Assembly (NCBI GenBank): GCA_045837725.1
Contig: JBEWZL010000267.1
Coordinates: 124,001 to 188,000, forward strand
From: Vermamoeba vermiformis
Taxonomy: Eukaryota
Direction of reading: 5' to 3'
Length of the DNA: 64,000 nt
The notes beneath the pieces are model-generated. The model worked only from the letters and a program-made list of their open reading frames with translations, did no database searches and was not told the DNA's origin. Of the stretch, positions 52,104-64,000 are shown piece by piece. The number at the start of each line of letters is the position of its first letter. Positions within the stretch are counted from its first letter, which is position 1. The position numbers were made by a program, and so were the translations under genes.

Positions 52104-54976
52104 ATGGATAATATTAATAATAATTTGCCCGAGAAATTAAAAGTAGAAGCAGATCCAAGTCGAGATTTTATCTCTTCTGCTTACAAAAAAAGAAAAATAG
52201 AGGACTCAGAACCTGAAGATCGCGAAGCAAAGCGAATAAAATTATCGGCCACCTCTAATATCGAAAATACGCAGCCGGAAAATCCTGCATCTGCAACAAA
52301 AGACAAGCTCGATCCCAGTTTTCCCGCACAAAGAGATGAACCACGAGCAAACAATAACAACCAAATAGAGCCATCAATTGATGATATTAAGGAGCCGCGT
52401 ACGTTAGCCTCAAACAATTACTTACGTATTAAAATTGCTTGTAGTCCCAAATCTGGCTCTGCCAGATGTTCTTCGCTGTGCGCCAAAGCGAAAATTCGTC
52501 GGCAGCTTGAAAACGCTCGTTTATGCAGTAGAAAATGAGTCGTAAGTCAAATAATTGTAAAATAACAGTTTCTGAGCGTTTAGAATTAGATTGGAACGAC
52601 TTTGCGCTGATTGGGGTATTTTGCCGATGAACCAGGGCCTTCCAATGGATTTATCCAGCCTGCCTTTTGCATCGCTCGTTGACGATGGCAACGCCATTCA
52701 ATTAGCTGAACAGTTGATTGAAGTACTTGCGACAGTAGTAAGTTTAATATTAAGGAACAGTTTTTTGATAGATGGTGAAATTTCATTAAAACGTTATTCC
52801 TGAACGAACGTTATTCCGACCAATTTTCTGCATTAAATGTTAGCGAAAAAAATCACGGTCATCCCTTAAAGTTCTACGGTCCTAATAAAATTTTAACAGG
52901 TTGCAAATTACAAGCCACAGCAAATTATAGAGCAAGATTTATTTGCTGAAATGCGTCGAATTATTGCAACTGCCGTCGGCCAACAAATTGCGACGAACAA
53001 TTCTGCGGATCTGTTGAAAACACTCGCAAAGATGATTCCCGACTCGTTATTGCTTGTGAACTGCTGGGCGTTTAAATCAAAACTGACTAATGCCTTAGAG
53101 CAAGACTTAATGAATCGTAAGCTGTATTCAATACTGTTCGAGCCGTTTTTCAAGTCCCAAGGATCGTAAGTCAACCCGGATCTACTTAGAATTTATTCTA
53201 ATATCGAAGAGATGCACATTAATGCCACTCCCGCCACCTTTTACGGCCTACAAACGACTTTCTGACCTACGAGCTTTTGTCGTCAAGAATGGCGTTGAGT
53301 TCATTTACTTCATTCATGAAAACAGTTCGAACAAAGGAACGATGAAATTTCACAAAGATCTTCACAAGTTGATTCAGCTCATGCGGTGCGCGCTACGCCT
53401 GCAAATATCGCACTTGACGCCATCGGATGATAATGTTCGAACGCTCTACTGCTTCGGATTGCTGACGTCTGGCTATAGCGTGCAATTGTTTCAAATGAAA
53501 GTGCACTTAACGTCAGTTAACGCTTACGCAACTCCAATTTATGAGCTGTGGGCCGAGCCTGAAGTCAACTTGATGAGTTTTGATAAGGATAGCCTTGCGA
53601 CACTTTTGACGTGGCTTGCTGGTATTAGGTTTTACCGTCATAGCCTTAAAAAATCGCTGGAAGCGTGGCAAACAACAACTACGTTACCAAGTGTGAAATT
53701 TCAAACCTCAAAAACACCAGCAACGTCAGGACAAGACAACCCGATAGACGATCAATCTCCATCCAATGCTAACGAAATCAAGGAGGACAAGTCCGAAGAC
53801 GAAGGACCAGATCCGAACAACCAAACTACGGGTCGCGATGACTCGACTGTTGATAGCGATACCCTTAATGCAATCATCCATGGCATCAACAACAATGAGC
53901 ACTTCCTTTTGCAAGAGGTACGGTCATTTGACGTTGCTGTCAGTGCCAGTGAATCTAACACTTTTTCAGAACGTCAAGTACAACAAGCGAGTACTTCTCG
54001 TGTGCACGACTGTCAAGCACGTGAGACTGTTTGTAGTCAAGATCTACGGTGCTGAATGTGACAAGATGAATGAAATCGATGTGTTGAAAGTGCTCGGACC
54101 ACATCCGAACATTTGTCAACTTTTAGCCGTCACCAAGCTTGCCAGTAAGTTCAGCAAATTAAATCAATGTCATTTGTCTAACAATTACAAATAGCCGGTG
54201 AATTGTTGGCCGTGCAGCATTTGTACGAGAACAGCGATCATTGGTACAACAGCTACGAGCAAAGTAACAAGTTTCCATTGGTGTTTCTTCAGCTAGCAAA
54301 GGTTTGTATCCTTTCCTATCATCAGACAACAATGCTAACGGCGCCTATTGACAGGGTTTATCGCATGTACACGATTGCGGCGTCATTCACGGCGACATCA
54401 AGCCCTACAACTTCATGGTGGACTCGGATTGCAATACACGCCTCATCGACTTTGACTTCAGTGCTCGCGTTGACACTGGTAAGCTCTCTTAAACGCTTTG
54501 AAAGGTCACATATTAATCAACAATAGATGACATAGAAAAGCTTGGTGGCACTAAGGGCTACTACGCACCTGAGTGGTACGAGCAACACAAAGTCGCTACT
54601 GGAGATGGCCCATTGACATTCAAAATTGACATTTGGAGCCTAGCCATCACTATATGTCAATACGTACGTTAAGTAAGATGGCATTTGAAGCACGCTCATT
54701 TCTTCGTTATCAGGCAGGTGTAGACTACGGCGAAGCGACTGATCCACTTGAACGACGGAAGTTAATTCTTCGAGAACTGCAACGTGAGACGTAAGCAATG
54801 GCTTATTAACGACTTGATGATAAAAACCTAGTGACAGGTTCTTGTTGTGGCCGGTGCGTAGTTTGATTGAGCGAATGTTGGCGATTTGTCCGAATGACCG
54901 ACCAACTGCTTCGGAGGTGTTTCACGAGCTCGTGAAAGTGTACGGCGATTGCGAAATTTTTGGAAATGAAGGTTAA
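52104..54976 (+). CDS. CR-effector-like nuclease + kinase fusion; multi-exon
   Basis: Bipartite NLS-like KKRK..AKRIK; nuclease LSDLR...FIHENSS...HKDLHKLIQLMR...CFGLL; kinase FVVKIY, HPNICQL, VIHGDIKPYN, LIDFDFS, GGTKGYYAPE, IDIWSL, RPTA. Confidence 0.8.
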
Positions 54977-55214
54977 TCTGCTACTACTGCTCAGTTCTTG
55001 CACAGCACTCGAACGGTGGCAAAGTTGATCTAGATCGAGATGGTTCTCAGAGATTTTTTTGTCCAACGCTTTCATATTTATTGGCTGATGAATATGAAAT
55101 TAACGAACACCTGCGGTTTAATCGCGATGCAAGATCCGCTTTACTTTACGCCTCCCGCGCATTTTTTTTGAACGTTGAGGATCGAACACTACTCAGCCGT
55201 TCATCGAACTGAGC

Positions 55215-56616
55215 ATGATGAAATCTATTGGTGTTAAGAGACAACGTAGTACTGAAGATCACGCCAATTATGAAAGAACAAAGAAAACAAAGAAGTTCAA
55301 GGCAGATGATCCGTACTTGTCAGTTTTTGCTTTGCCAGAGTTGGTCGAAAATATAATCAAACACCTCATAAGCTATCCTAAAGCAATATTGAACATATCA
55401 GGTGTTTCAAAGATGTAAGCGCTATTTTCTAGAATTTATAATATTAATTTTTGAATTTCATTTATTATTTCGGCTAGGCATAACAGCTTGATCCAAAGTA
55501 ATGCCACGTGGGTACGACTAGGATTCTCGTCGAATATCTTTCAAGGATCAAAGCTCTCCAAAAGCTTTTTGAAAGCCGTACTGGCTCAGATTCGCTTTCG
55601 TCATAAATTTAAGAAGCTTGCAAGACTATATTCAGACATCTCCTGCATTGAAGAGAGCTATTTAAGGTAAATGACACCCTTATCTAATATTATTTGTCGA
55701 TACTATGCCTAATCGAGAAATTTAGAAGTGTCTACGGCCGGGAGCTTAATCAACCAAAAGTATTGGAATTCGCGGCCAATAACTATCTCAGCGATGGGGC
55801 AGCTGTTGCTCTGTTAAGAATTCTATGCAACACAAGTAAAAGGGTTGTTTCGTTGGAGGATCTGATCGGCTGGTTAGAAGAAGATCCGAGAATACCACGT
55901 AAGCTTGAGCAATATTCGTATATATACAAATATAATGTTATATTAGCATATTCCTTATTAATATTGCATTTTAAAGCCACACCAGCCTCTGGTACACGAC
56001 TCGTACCGATCAGTGAACACTCCTTCAAACCCGTTACCGTTGATTTCGATCGACGAAACTGTTCCGTGCATGCTACGAACATATTAGTAAAGATGGAATG
56101 CGCAGGTGACCATTTCGCTGAGAGAGAGATTGTGCTTCGAAGAATTTTATCAGATCCAACGAAAACTCTTCTTTTCATCTCGATTGTGGATGATATTTCT
56201 ATGGCTGGTCCGTCGTTTATCAAGGTAATATGGTCATATATACGATAGAATATTTTGAACCGAAAATTCAATCTTCAAACTGCGATCTGGTTCGTTACAA
56301 AATTCTTTGATTAAAGATCCGCAATTTTAATGATTGTAATTGACTATAGTATGATCGCGTTAAGAAGATTATCGAATACTGCGGTGACTTGTGCACTTTT
56401 GTGACTTACAAGTTCCGTTACGGTTGGGACAAGGCTTTGAACTTCTTGTGCGAGACGAATGAACCTGAACATTGGGCCAAAGCGTATTTGGAGCGATATG
56501 ATATTTGTTTTGACGATGATTTCGATTCCAATGATTCCGAATACAACACTTGCATGGCTGAAGAAGCTTACAAAAAAGAGGTCGTCGAATCCGTCCCGTT
56601 CCTCCGAAGAATGTAA
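55215..56616 (+). CDS. F-box-like protein; multi-exon
   Basis: Basic N-terminus, then VFALPELVENIIKHL...ISGVSKM|..NATW; GT-AG introns link ORFs 55488, 55694 and 56389. Confidence 0.65.
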
Positions 56617-56702
56617 ATGCAAGCTACAAGCGCATGTCTATATAAATATTATATTATACATTTATGCAGAATATGTTTTGATGTTAATGGTACAATAATT
56701 TT

Positions 56703-59331
56703 TTATTCGAGTTTTGTACGCAACTTAGATACCATTTCAAGGGCTTCAAGAGCCGTTGGTCGTTGATCTGGTTCATGAACGGTGCACGCACTAATTAATT
56801 TTTGAACGGTCTTCTCGTACGTTGAATCCTGAAATGAAATTTTGGATCAGATTCGGATTTATTTTTAGTGACTTTGACTTACCTTCGGACAAGCCTCACT
56901 TAGCTCCTTAATAGTCAATCCAAAGCTATATATATCGGATTTATAATCGTATCCGCGTTCTGGATCCACTTCGATAACTTCTGGCGCTTGAAATCCATCC
57001 GTGCCTACATCCGCAGTAAAGCTCTTTTCGCCAATTCCCAATTGTTTGGATAAATTAAAGTCGATTAGCTTGCATATGGGCTTAGGGCTCTGTTTGAACA
57101 TGATATTGCTCGGTTTAATGTCGCGATGCAAGATCCGCTTTTCGTGCATGTGCGCAATGCCTTTAAGAATGTCTTCTGCGTAGTTTAATATAGTACTGAT
57201 ATCATTAGCTGCTGGTACTGATCGTAGACGTTCAAGCGCAAGAATATACGATAATCTTCCTATAAAAATAAAAAGCGATTAGATCTTGCCGTTACATGCC
57301 GTTAGACGATAATATTTTTAAGTGAATTAAATAAATATGTGATATTTAGATAGTGTTGTTACCTTCTTCGTTAGTTTCAGTGTAAGATCCGAAGCAGCGC
57401 ATGATATTCGGGTGATCCAATTGTTTCAAGAACTGGATCTCGCGATCATCGCTAGCGACTTTCGTAATTAATATCACTTCTTCTACTACTCCATCAACAA
57501 AGTACTTCGCAATCTTAATATTAGGCCCACGATGAAAACTAGGCTTAATATCGGCTAATTTTCCGCTCATTCTTCTCGCGAGCTCCAATTCCATGCGATT
57601 ATCGCGTTGTGATGGTGCGCTATTATTAGAACCGCGTAATTGAACTGGACTGCCTGGTCTAGAATTTCTATTGACGACAATTCCGCGGCCAAGTCGTAGC
57701 GGCGGGATCACGTACTGATTTCGTTGGTTTTCGCGGACTTGTTCGGTGAGAATGATAGCTTGTGCTTCTACCTTCCTTAATATATCGTAGTAATTCATTA
57801 TACCGCTTAATCGCTTCAAATTCATGGTTTTGTCGGTTAATTTTCTGAGCTGGTACATGGCACGATTCTTTTCGTCGCCAGCGATAGTAGCGCGCATATA
57901 ATACGCATGTACGTGGAATCCACCTAATAGTAAATATAAGAATAAATATTATTTGCGAGGAATAGCCTAAATTACAGCAGATCAAGATCAGCAAAAAAAG
58001 ATCCGCAAAAAATTTTTATTGTAATGCTTCTAAAGTTATTTGAAATATTAAAATTTCATTTATGTTAGATATAATAACATTTAATATTATTAAAGTGGAT
58101 TGAAGTGTTAATCTAAGCGAATAAAATTTTTTGATCCGGATTTACTGTTTGAATTTTTCGATACTTTTATAATTGTAATATTATAATAGCATAATTATAT
58201 TAATATTACCTTGTAAGAATCCAAATACACCGCCGTGATGTAAAGGCACTCGCGTCAATTGATGATCCAGTACTTTTCGCATGCACTTGAACAATTTGAC
58301 ATCGTCTCTATGATATTCATCGGTCATTTTATCAGTTGATACTTCTATAACACTAATCCATAATAACGGATTCGTTTTTGTTCCAATGCACAGATCCGGT
58401 CTTAAATTTTTGTCGAGTACATCCGCGAAGACCGGACAAATGTCGTAATTAACTTGCATTAATTGACTACTGAACGAATCGATATAAAATTCTGCAAAGG
58501 CTGCTATAGACTGATTTCCTAATGTTTTTTCGCCGGAAATAACGTAATTGTCTCGTAACCGCATCCACCGTTGAAAAAATCCAGTCCAAAACACCACGCT
58601 ATAATTATCATTGCCTTCGCTATTAAATCTTCTCTTAAACTCTAGTAAATCATCGACGCGTGCTCTACTTGCTTCGGAAATTCCCGGAGGCGTTTGCAGC
58701 TTAACCTTTGCAATAATTTCTTCGTTCAAACTAACTTTTCTGTCAACACGTGGAGGCTTGATACTATTATCTGCATATATACTAGCGTGTAGTAGTCGAT
58801 ATATACGTCTATATAAGCTTTGCGAATTAATTGTGGCTTCGCCTAAGCGAGTAACCATGGCGCTGATTGTTTTCGCGATATTTACGTGGATCTGCTTTTT
58901 ATCCAATTCAAATTCTCTTTTCTCTTCTTCAGTCAGCTCATCGCTATTCGAATTTATAGTATTTTGATTCGCTTAAAAAACAATTAAATTGATTTTTCCG
59001 CATCTGATCGAAATTTTTTGACTTACATATTGAATTGCTATTAAAGCTGTCAATTTGCGATGAATCAATGGCTTTCATCAATTCTACGAATGTGACGTGG
59101 AGCGGGAACGTCTCTAAAATACAATAAAAATTAAAATTAAATTCAAAAATTAAATTTTTATTTAACTGTTAATTTGTTTAGCTTACTTTTCGTACTCTCC
59201 ATAGACTGAGATCCACTACTTTTGAAATTTTTGAATTTTCTGTCGTCTAGACTTGCTGAATCTGAAAAAAATAACGTTGAGTATCGGGAATTGCTCCGAC
59301 GCTTCTAAAACGATTAATCCTTACCTTCCAT
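56703..59331 (-). CDS. CR-effector-like nuclease + kinase fusion; multi-exon
   Basis: Nuclease LRPDLCIG...VIEVST...HRDDVKLFKCMR...VFGFL; kinase LITKV, EIQFLKQLDHPNIM, ILHRDIKPSNI, KLIDFNLS, VGTDGFQAPE, SDIYSFG, RPTALEAL. Confidence 0.85.
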
Positions 59332-59550
59332 AATAAATAATATTATATTATACAGTTGTCTTATATTTACAAATAAATATCAAAATGATTGCAAAAAGCG
59401 CCAAAAAGTTTATTTTCGGCTGTGCATCCGTTACAAGCACACTATATGTATTTACATATGAATACAATTTACAATGTATATTAGTAGGAAATACTCTAAG
59501 CTACCACTGATTTCTTCACGCAAACACATCCACATTATCTGAACGCAGAT

Positions 59551-62053
59551 CTAACTTTGACAAGTTTTGACGCGTTTGGAGGGTGAGACAGGCACGGCAG
59601 AGTCGAAGAAGGGATGTTTCAACGCACTTTCAATGCTTATTCTACTTTTCGCGTCCCTCACGATCATTTTGCGTGCCAGATCCAACGACACCTCGCTGCA
59701 CAACGTCGCTTCGACGTACGATGTCTCTCGATGCCTTGGTTGAAATTAAAATCCATTATTTAATTACTATAACGTACTTGGCCTTCCATTGCAATGCTTG
59801 CACTACATCATCACATAGTGCTAGTTCGTTGGCTTGTTGCATCGATCGAATGACAACTCCGCACATCTGTTGAAGAAACTCGTGAGCAACATATGTATAT
59901 TATTATTATTACACGTACTAAGTTCGCGAGGACTATTCCAGCGCTATAGACGTCGCTCGCAGGAGTTTTGAGTAGATCCGGTGCGCAGTAGCCAGGAGTG
60001 TGCGCTTGTGTCTCGCCACCAATCGTCGTAGCGCAGCCAAAATCAATCAAATATACGCTTTTAGTGACGTTATCCCACAATATATTGCTCTCTTTGATGT
60101 CGTTGTGAACAATGTTGTGTTGATGGACCTGATCCAACGCCTGAGGTAGATCCGTTTAGCTTCGTAATGATAATATATCTTATTTTACGTACTGTCAACA
60201 ATGCCTTCATGAATATTTGCAGCTCAGATTGTGAAGTGAAGTTCAAGGGATGAACACCACGACAATACGACATGGTCAGTGTGATGTTCTCGCCACGCAA
60301 GAGTGGTTTGTCGAGCACTTTGGGCACGCACGACAAGGCACGCAAGTGTTCCAAGACAACGTACTCGCGCTTGCCGAGGTCTGTTCGTGTTGTTTTGACG
60401 ATGTACTGGTGTTGCTGATCGATGGTCACAAGATCCACTCGCGTGCGATGATTCTGAAAGATAAATTGATTAATACGTTAAAAATGTTGCAGATAGTTCA
60501 AGTACATGATCCTATAATAATTGCCTAGGAGTATATTATTCTCACAAAGTATACTCAGATCCGATAATAGCACGACATCTCGGTCAATCCCCCGCCGTGC
60601 TAATAATTCTTTCTAGCATAGTTATGCAATATTATTATATAACTTGAGGACCTTATTATATGTGCTATATCTGAAAGTAGCGCATGGTTGTAATATGGAG
60701 CGGTAAGGGTTGAGATCCAGCGGTGGAAAAATGGATCTTGCCGAACTTGATTAACTCACCTTATAAAGTACTTGCACATTATTATCTAATGACAACGACA
60801 ATGCATTCGACAGCGTGTTTGACTTGCTCGTTGAGGGTGCAGGTTTCTTTTGTAAGGTCTCTTTAGGAGTACCAGTACTATTGTCTCTGTTGCTTTCAGA
60901 CACATCAGCCTCCTCATTCTCATCATTCACTGGTGTTGCTTTCGTAATTTTCTTCCAGTGATTTGATTGCAGTGCCTCCACGACAGTTCGGTGAGCTAGA
61001 TCCGTGTACCTCTATTCGAAAATCATTAGCCAGGAATCATTGCACGAGTAAGTATATTACTGTTATGTATACCTTCATAATGTAGAGGACTTTAAGGACG
61101 TGCTCTGGTTCTTCTTTCAGATCCAAGCTCGGGAAAGTGAAGAAGTACTTTTCGTTATCTAGAACACAGTAGACGCTTATATTAACAGAGCTACCAGTAT
61201 AATAGACGCCAAAGGTAATAGGCACGTGTACCCAGACTTTGTAGTCCTTCTCTGGTAGTTTGAATAGTTCCAAAATACGCAGCTGGTGCTGGTACGCGAG
61301 ATCTTCAATAATAGCCATTTTAAACCTAATCAATTAGTTTTATTAAAATGTAACTTTATATGACTCTTACGTGTCGCCAAGCTTATCGTTGTTAGCGTAC
61401 GTCTGAGATCTGCTCTCGATCAGCAAAAACGGCCAACGAATACCAGTAGTAGACCACGAAGGAAATACTCTCTAATAGAATTAATAATTGTACGAAGAAT
61501 TTAAATGATTCAGTATTACCCGTAAGTTTTTATGCTTTCTGTTGTTTGGATCAAGAAAGTCAAATCCAAAAATGCGATCTGGTTTGAGACCAGCGTCGAT
61601 GACGGCAGAACTAATCGCGAACAAATTAGAAGGTTAAAGTATTATGGTACTTACACGACGGAATTGGCTTCCCAAGTCTCAAAGCTACGAAACAATTGCG
61701 ACAATTTGTTGTGGCATTCAGCGATCCATTCTCCTTCATTATCAGTTGGAATCTTATTTAAGCGCTGCTTGAACTTATCGCTTAATATATGATCGCTATT
61801 GCCTGCATCATAATCGAGAAATGCTTTCTAAAAAAAGTTAAAAATAGTAGATCGAGCAGGATCTACGAAGTACCTCTTCATTGGTTAATTCTATTAGTTT
61901 ATCCGTGTCGGTAGCTGCAATTAGGTCGTAAAGTAGTTGTTTTAGCGTCCCTGTAACCGCTATAGGCATATTTTCTTCAGCTTCAACGTGGTTGATCTCG
62001 TAGCTGTCCAATAAAGCCCTATCGAATATTCGCTCTTCAAATGTAGTATTCAT
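59551..62053 (-). CDS. CR-effector-like nuclease + kinase fusion; multi-exon, 5' end uncertain
   Basis: Nuclease-like FLDLTF...WPFLLIESR...ITFGVYY; kinase YIVKT, REYVVL, IVHNDIKESNI, YLIDFG, HTPGYCAPD, SDVYSAG, RISIESALKHPFF. Upstream exon-like pieces (62100-62330) contain stops. Confidence 0.8.
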
Positions 62054-62893
62054 TCTAACGTAATTTTGTAAAGGCACACGTAAGGAGTTATTTACAATGG
62101 TTCACTTCGCTGATCGAAGATTTTTTGCTCAGTCTAGAAGCGATTTGCCTATTAATAATTAATATTTAATTTTTGGTAATGAATAAATTATTACCTGAAT
62201 ATTTAAACGCGTCAAAGTTCAATCTGCTAGTATTGAATTGTGGTTTGAATTTTCGATGCCTTCTGCATTCAATATCAGAACGCTTTAGCCGAAAATCTTA
62301 TTTATTTAATTGTCTTCTTACGGCACATTGTAATCTTATTGCAAAAAAATAACTTTTGATTGCAAGCAAAAAAATGTAAAAGGCGGGCAATTTCAGAAAG
62401 TCAATTCCACTAAATGCATGTAACAATTTATTTATTTATCCTTAATTCTCCCCTTCATCTACCCCGTACATTTCTTCCTGTACTCTCCTTCTTCGGTTGG
62501 CTTCTTTATTACGTTGCGATAGTTCTGCTTTTGTTAGAGGAGGAGCGAGATGGCGGACTGGTGGTTTAACGTGCTGATAATAATGAGTAACAAATGATTT
62601 GAGCTTCGTTCGGAGGTAGCTTGGAGGTTTCCTAGCAGTGGCATAATTCAAAACACATATAGCTGACTGAGGAAGGCAATCTGGTAACTGAATATTATAA
62701 TTCCCGCCAAGAAAATGATCGTGAATGCATCGATGAACATTTCCTAATTATTTAGTAATTATTAGAACGGTGGTTGTAGTAGAATAATTCGAGGAACTGT
62801 ATGTAAGTAATGTAACTCTTACGGCGGGAAAAATGGCAAGTGAATCTTAATGGGTTGATTGTAATATAAACAGTTCACTACACGGTATCTCGA

Positions 62894-64000
62894 TTACATA
62901 TTCGGCGAGTGTTGTTCAAGGATTGTTATCGGGATCTTCATTTGGATCTTCTGTTATCAAATTGTTAGGACTCCCATAATAAAGATATAATTGCTCTATT
63001 TTACCTTTGCTAGCCCATAGTGCACAGTAACAACGATATAATGCTTCACGATAATAATTTTGGCGACTCCCTCGGTAGAAATAGTCGTGTCTTTGACCGG
63101 AATTGGCAATGAAAAGCCATGCGTCCAACTTGCCAAATATGGAAATGTTAGAACCTATTAATGAGAAAGCAATTATTCAGATGGACTTACGATGATCCAG
63201 GCGTGATAGGAAGAACGCTTTTGTCAATCTTTTGTTTAAATGGCGTAACTTTCTGTGACGACGTTGAGTCTGTGACATGATAGTCCTCGTGCTGTTCGAG
63301 CTTGACTGAAATCTCGTCAATTTTATGCGTGGATTTGTTGTCAATGGCCTAGGAACATGTTATTCACGAAAAGTGACACTTTGACACGTGACAACTTACG
63401 AATTGAAGTACGGCCGTCTCGCCAATTCTAAACGTATTCTTATCGATATTCACATTGACACTGAGGCCCTCTATGTCTTGGGCAACATGACGCTCGGGAG
63501 TGGTTGCTGCCACGGACTGTAATAGTTCGTGAACAGGACGGTGCACGATGATTTCAGCCACTAAGATACAAAAGTTAGGTCGCTCATTACTACTAGTACT
63601 ACAATACTATGCTTACCTGCCGTCTTGTCAGTGTTGAGCGGAATATCAACTGTTCCTTTGAGCTCGTAGCTGATGTTACCGATGGGTTTGTGGACTACGA
63701 ACAAATAACTTTAGTATAATGTTGATTAGAAGGATTATGCGGCTCTTACACGTTGGTGGAGCGTCAGTTGGCAGCGAAAATTCAAACGGGAGGCGACAAA
63801 ACTTGGCTTCAAGTGTCATCTAGAGAAATCTCCGTGAGTTTCAGCAGACAAAAAAAAAGTTGTTGTACCTTATCTTTCTCTTTGCCAATCAAATAGACTC
63901 GCTCTTGACAAACATTGATAGTCTGAGTACACACTACGGTAACTTTACCCGTTGAAACGACCCACAAGACGAGTTCCTACGAAGACAAAATAAGATCCGA
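62894..64000 (-). CDS. Arrestin-domain protein, 5'-partial; the 3' end may extend toward 62442
   Basis: RLPFEFSLPTDAPPT...ISYELKGTVDIP (arrestin N); VNIDKNTFRIGE...IDNKS..KIDEISVKLEQ...IIVKHYIVVTV...MKIPITI (arrestin C). Confidence 0.8.

Noticed and set aside
54306-54314. GTATCCTTT resembling a U12 GT-AG donor
   Set aside because: The in-frame donor is GTTTGT at 54302 (LAK|GLSHVHD); the U12-like site is out of frame and has no CCTTAAC branch.
62442-62880. Separate gene or arrestin C-terminal extension
   Set aside because: An open exon-like segment exists (62744-62442), but I could not link it in frame to a start or to the arrestin exons.

Overview
Gene-dense, AT-rich eukaryotic nuclear DNA with many short (roughly 45-200 nt) GT-AG introns. 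It is most consistent with a free-living amoeboid or other protist, which is an inference; the species cannot be named from sequence. Conserved housekeeping genes are present: mitochondrial TyrRS, RPL24, POLD1, RSL24D1/RLP24, TIM10, NCAPH2, a UPF0390/C19orf53-like gene, TBCC, OGG1, an F-box RasGEF and an arrestin-domain protein. They are interleaved with a dense accessory repertoire of about ten Crinkler/RHS (CR)-effector-like genes (four P-loop NTPase +/- PD-(D/E)xK nuclease, five nuclease + protein kinase, one nuclease-only) and six F-box genes, including a tandem pair with a membrane anchor + F-box + multipass TM layout. Most notable observations: (1) the CR-like arsenal, with domain loss and a frameshift separating nuclease from kinase; (2) CpG-depleted zones restricted to the NTPase-class genes and spreading into neighbours, shown directly by a paralog pair; (3) a clear AT-AC U12-type intron in POLD1; (4) a recurrent RGATCY motif in ordinary introns that is missing from introns of the CpG-poor zones; (5) a decayed, intron-retaining copy of the NCAPH2 5' end 20 kb from the intact gene. 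Exon structures were assembled by hand and domain calls rest on motif recognition, not database searches.
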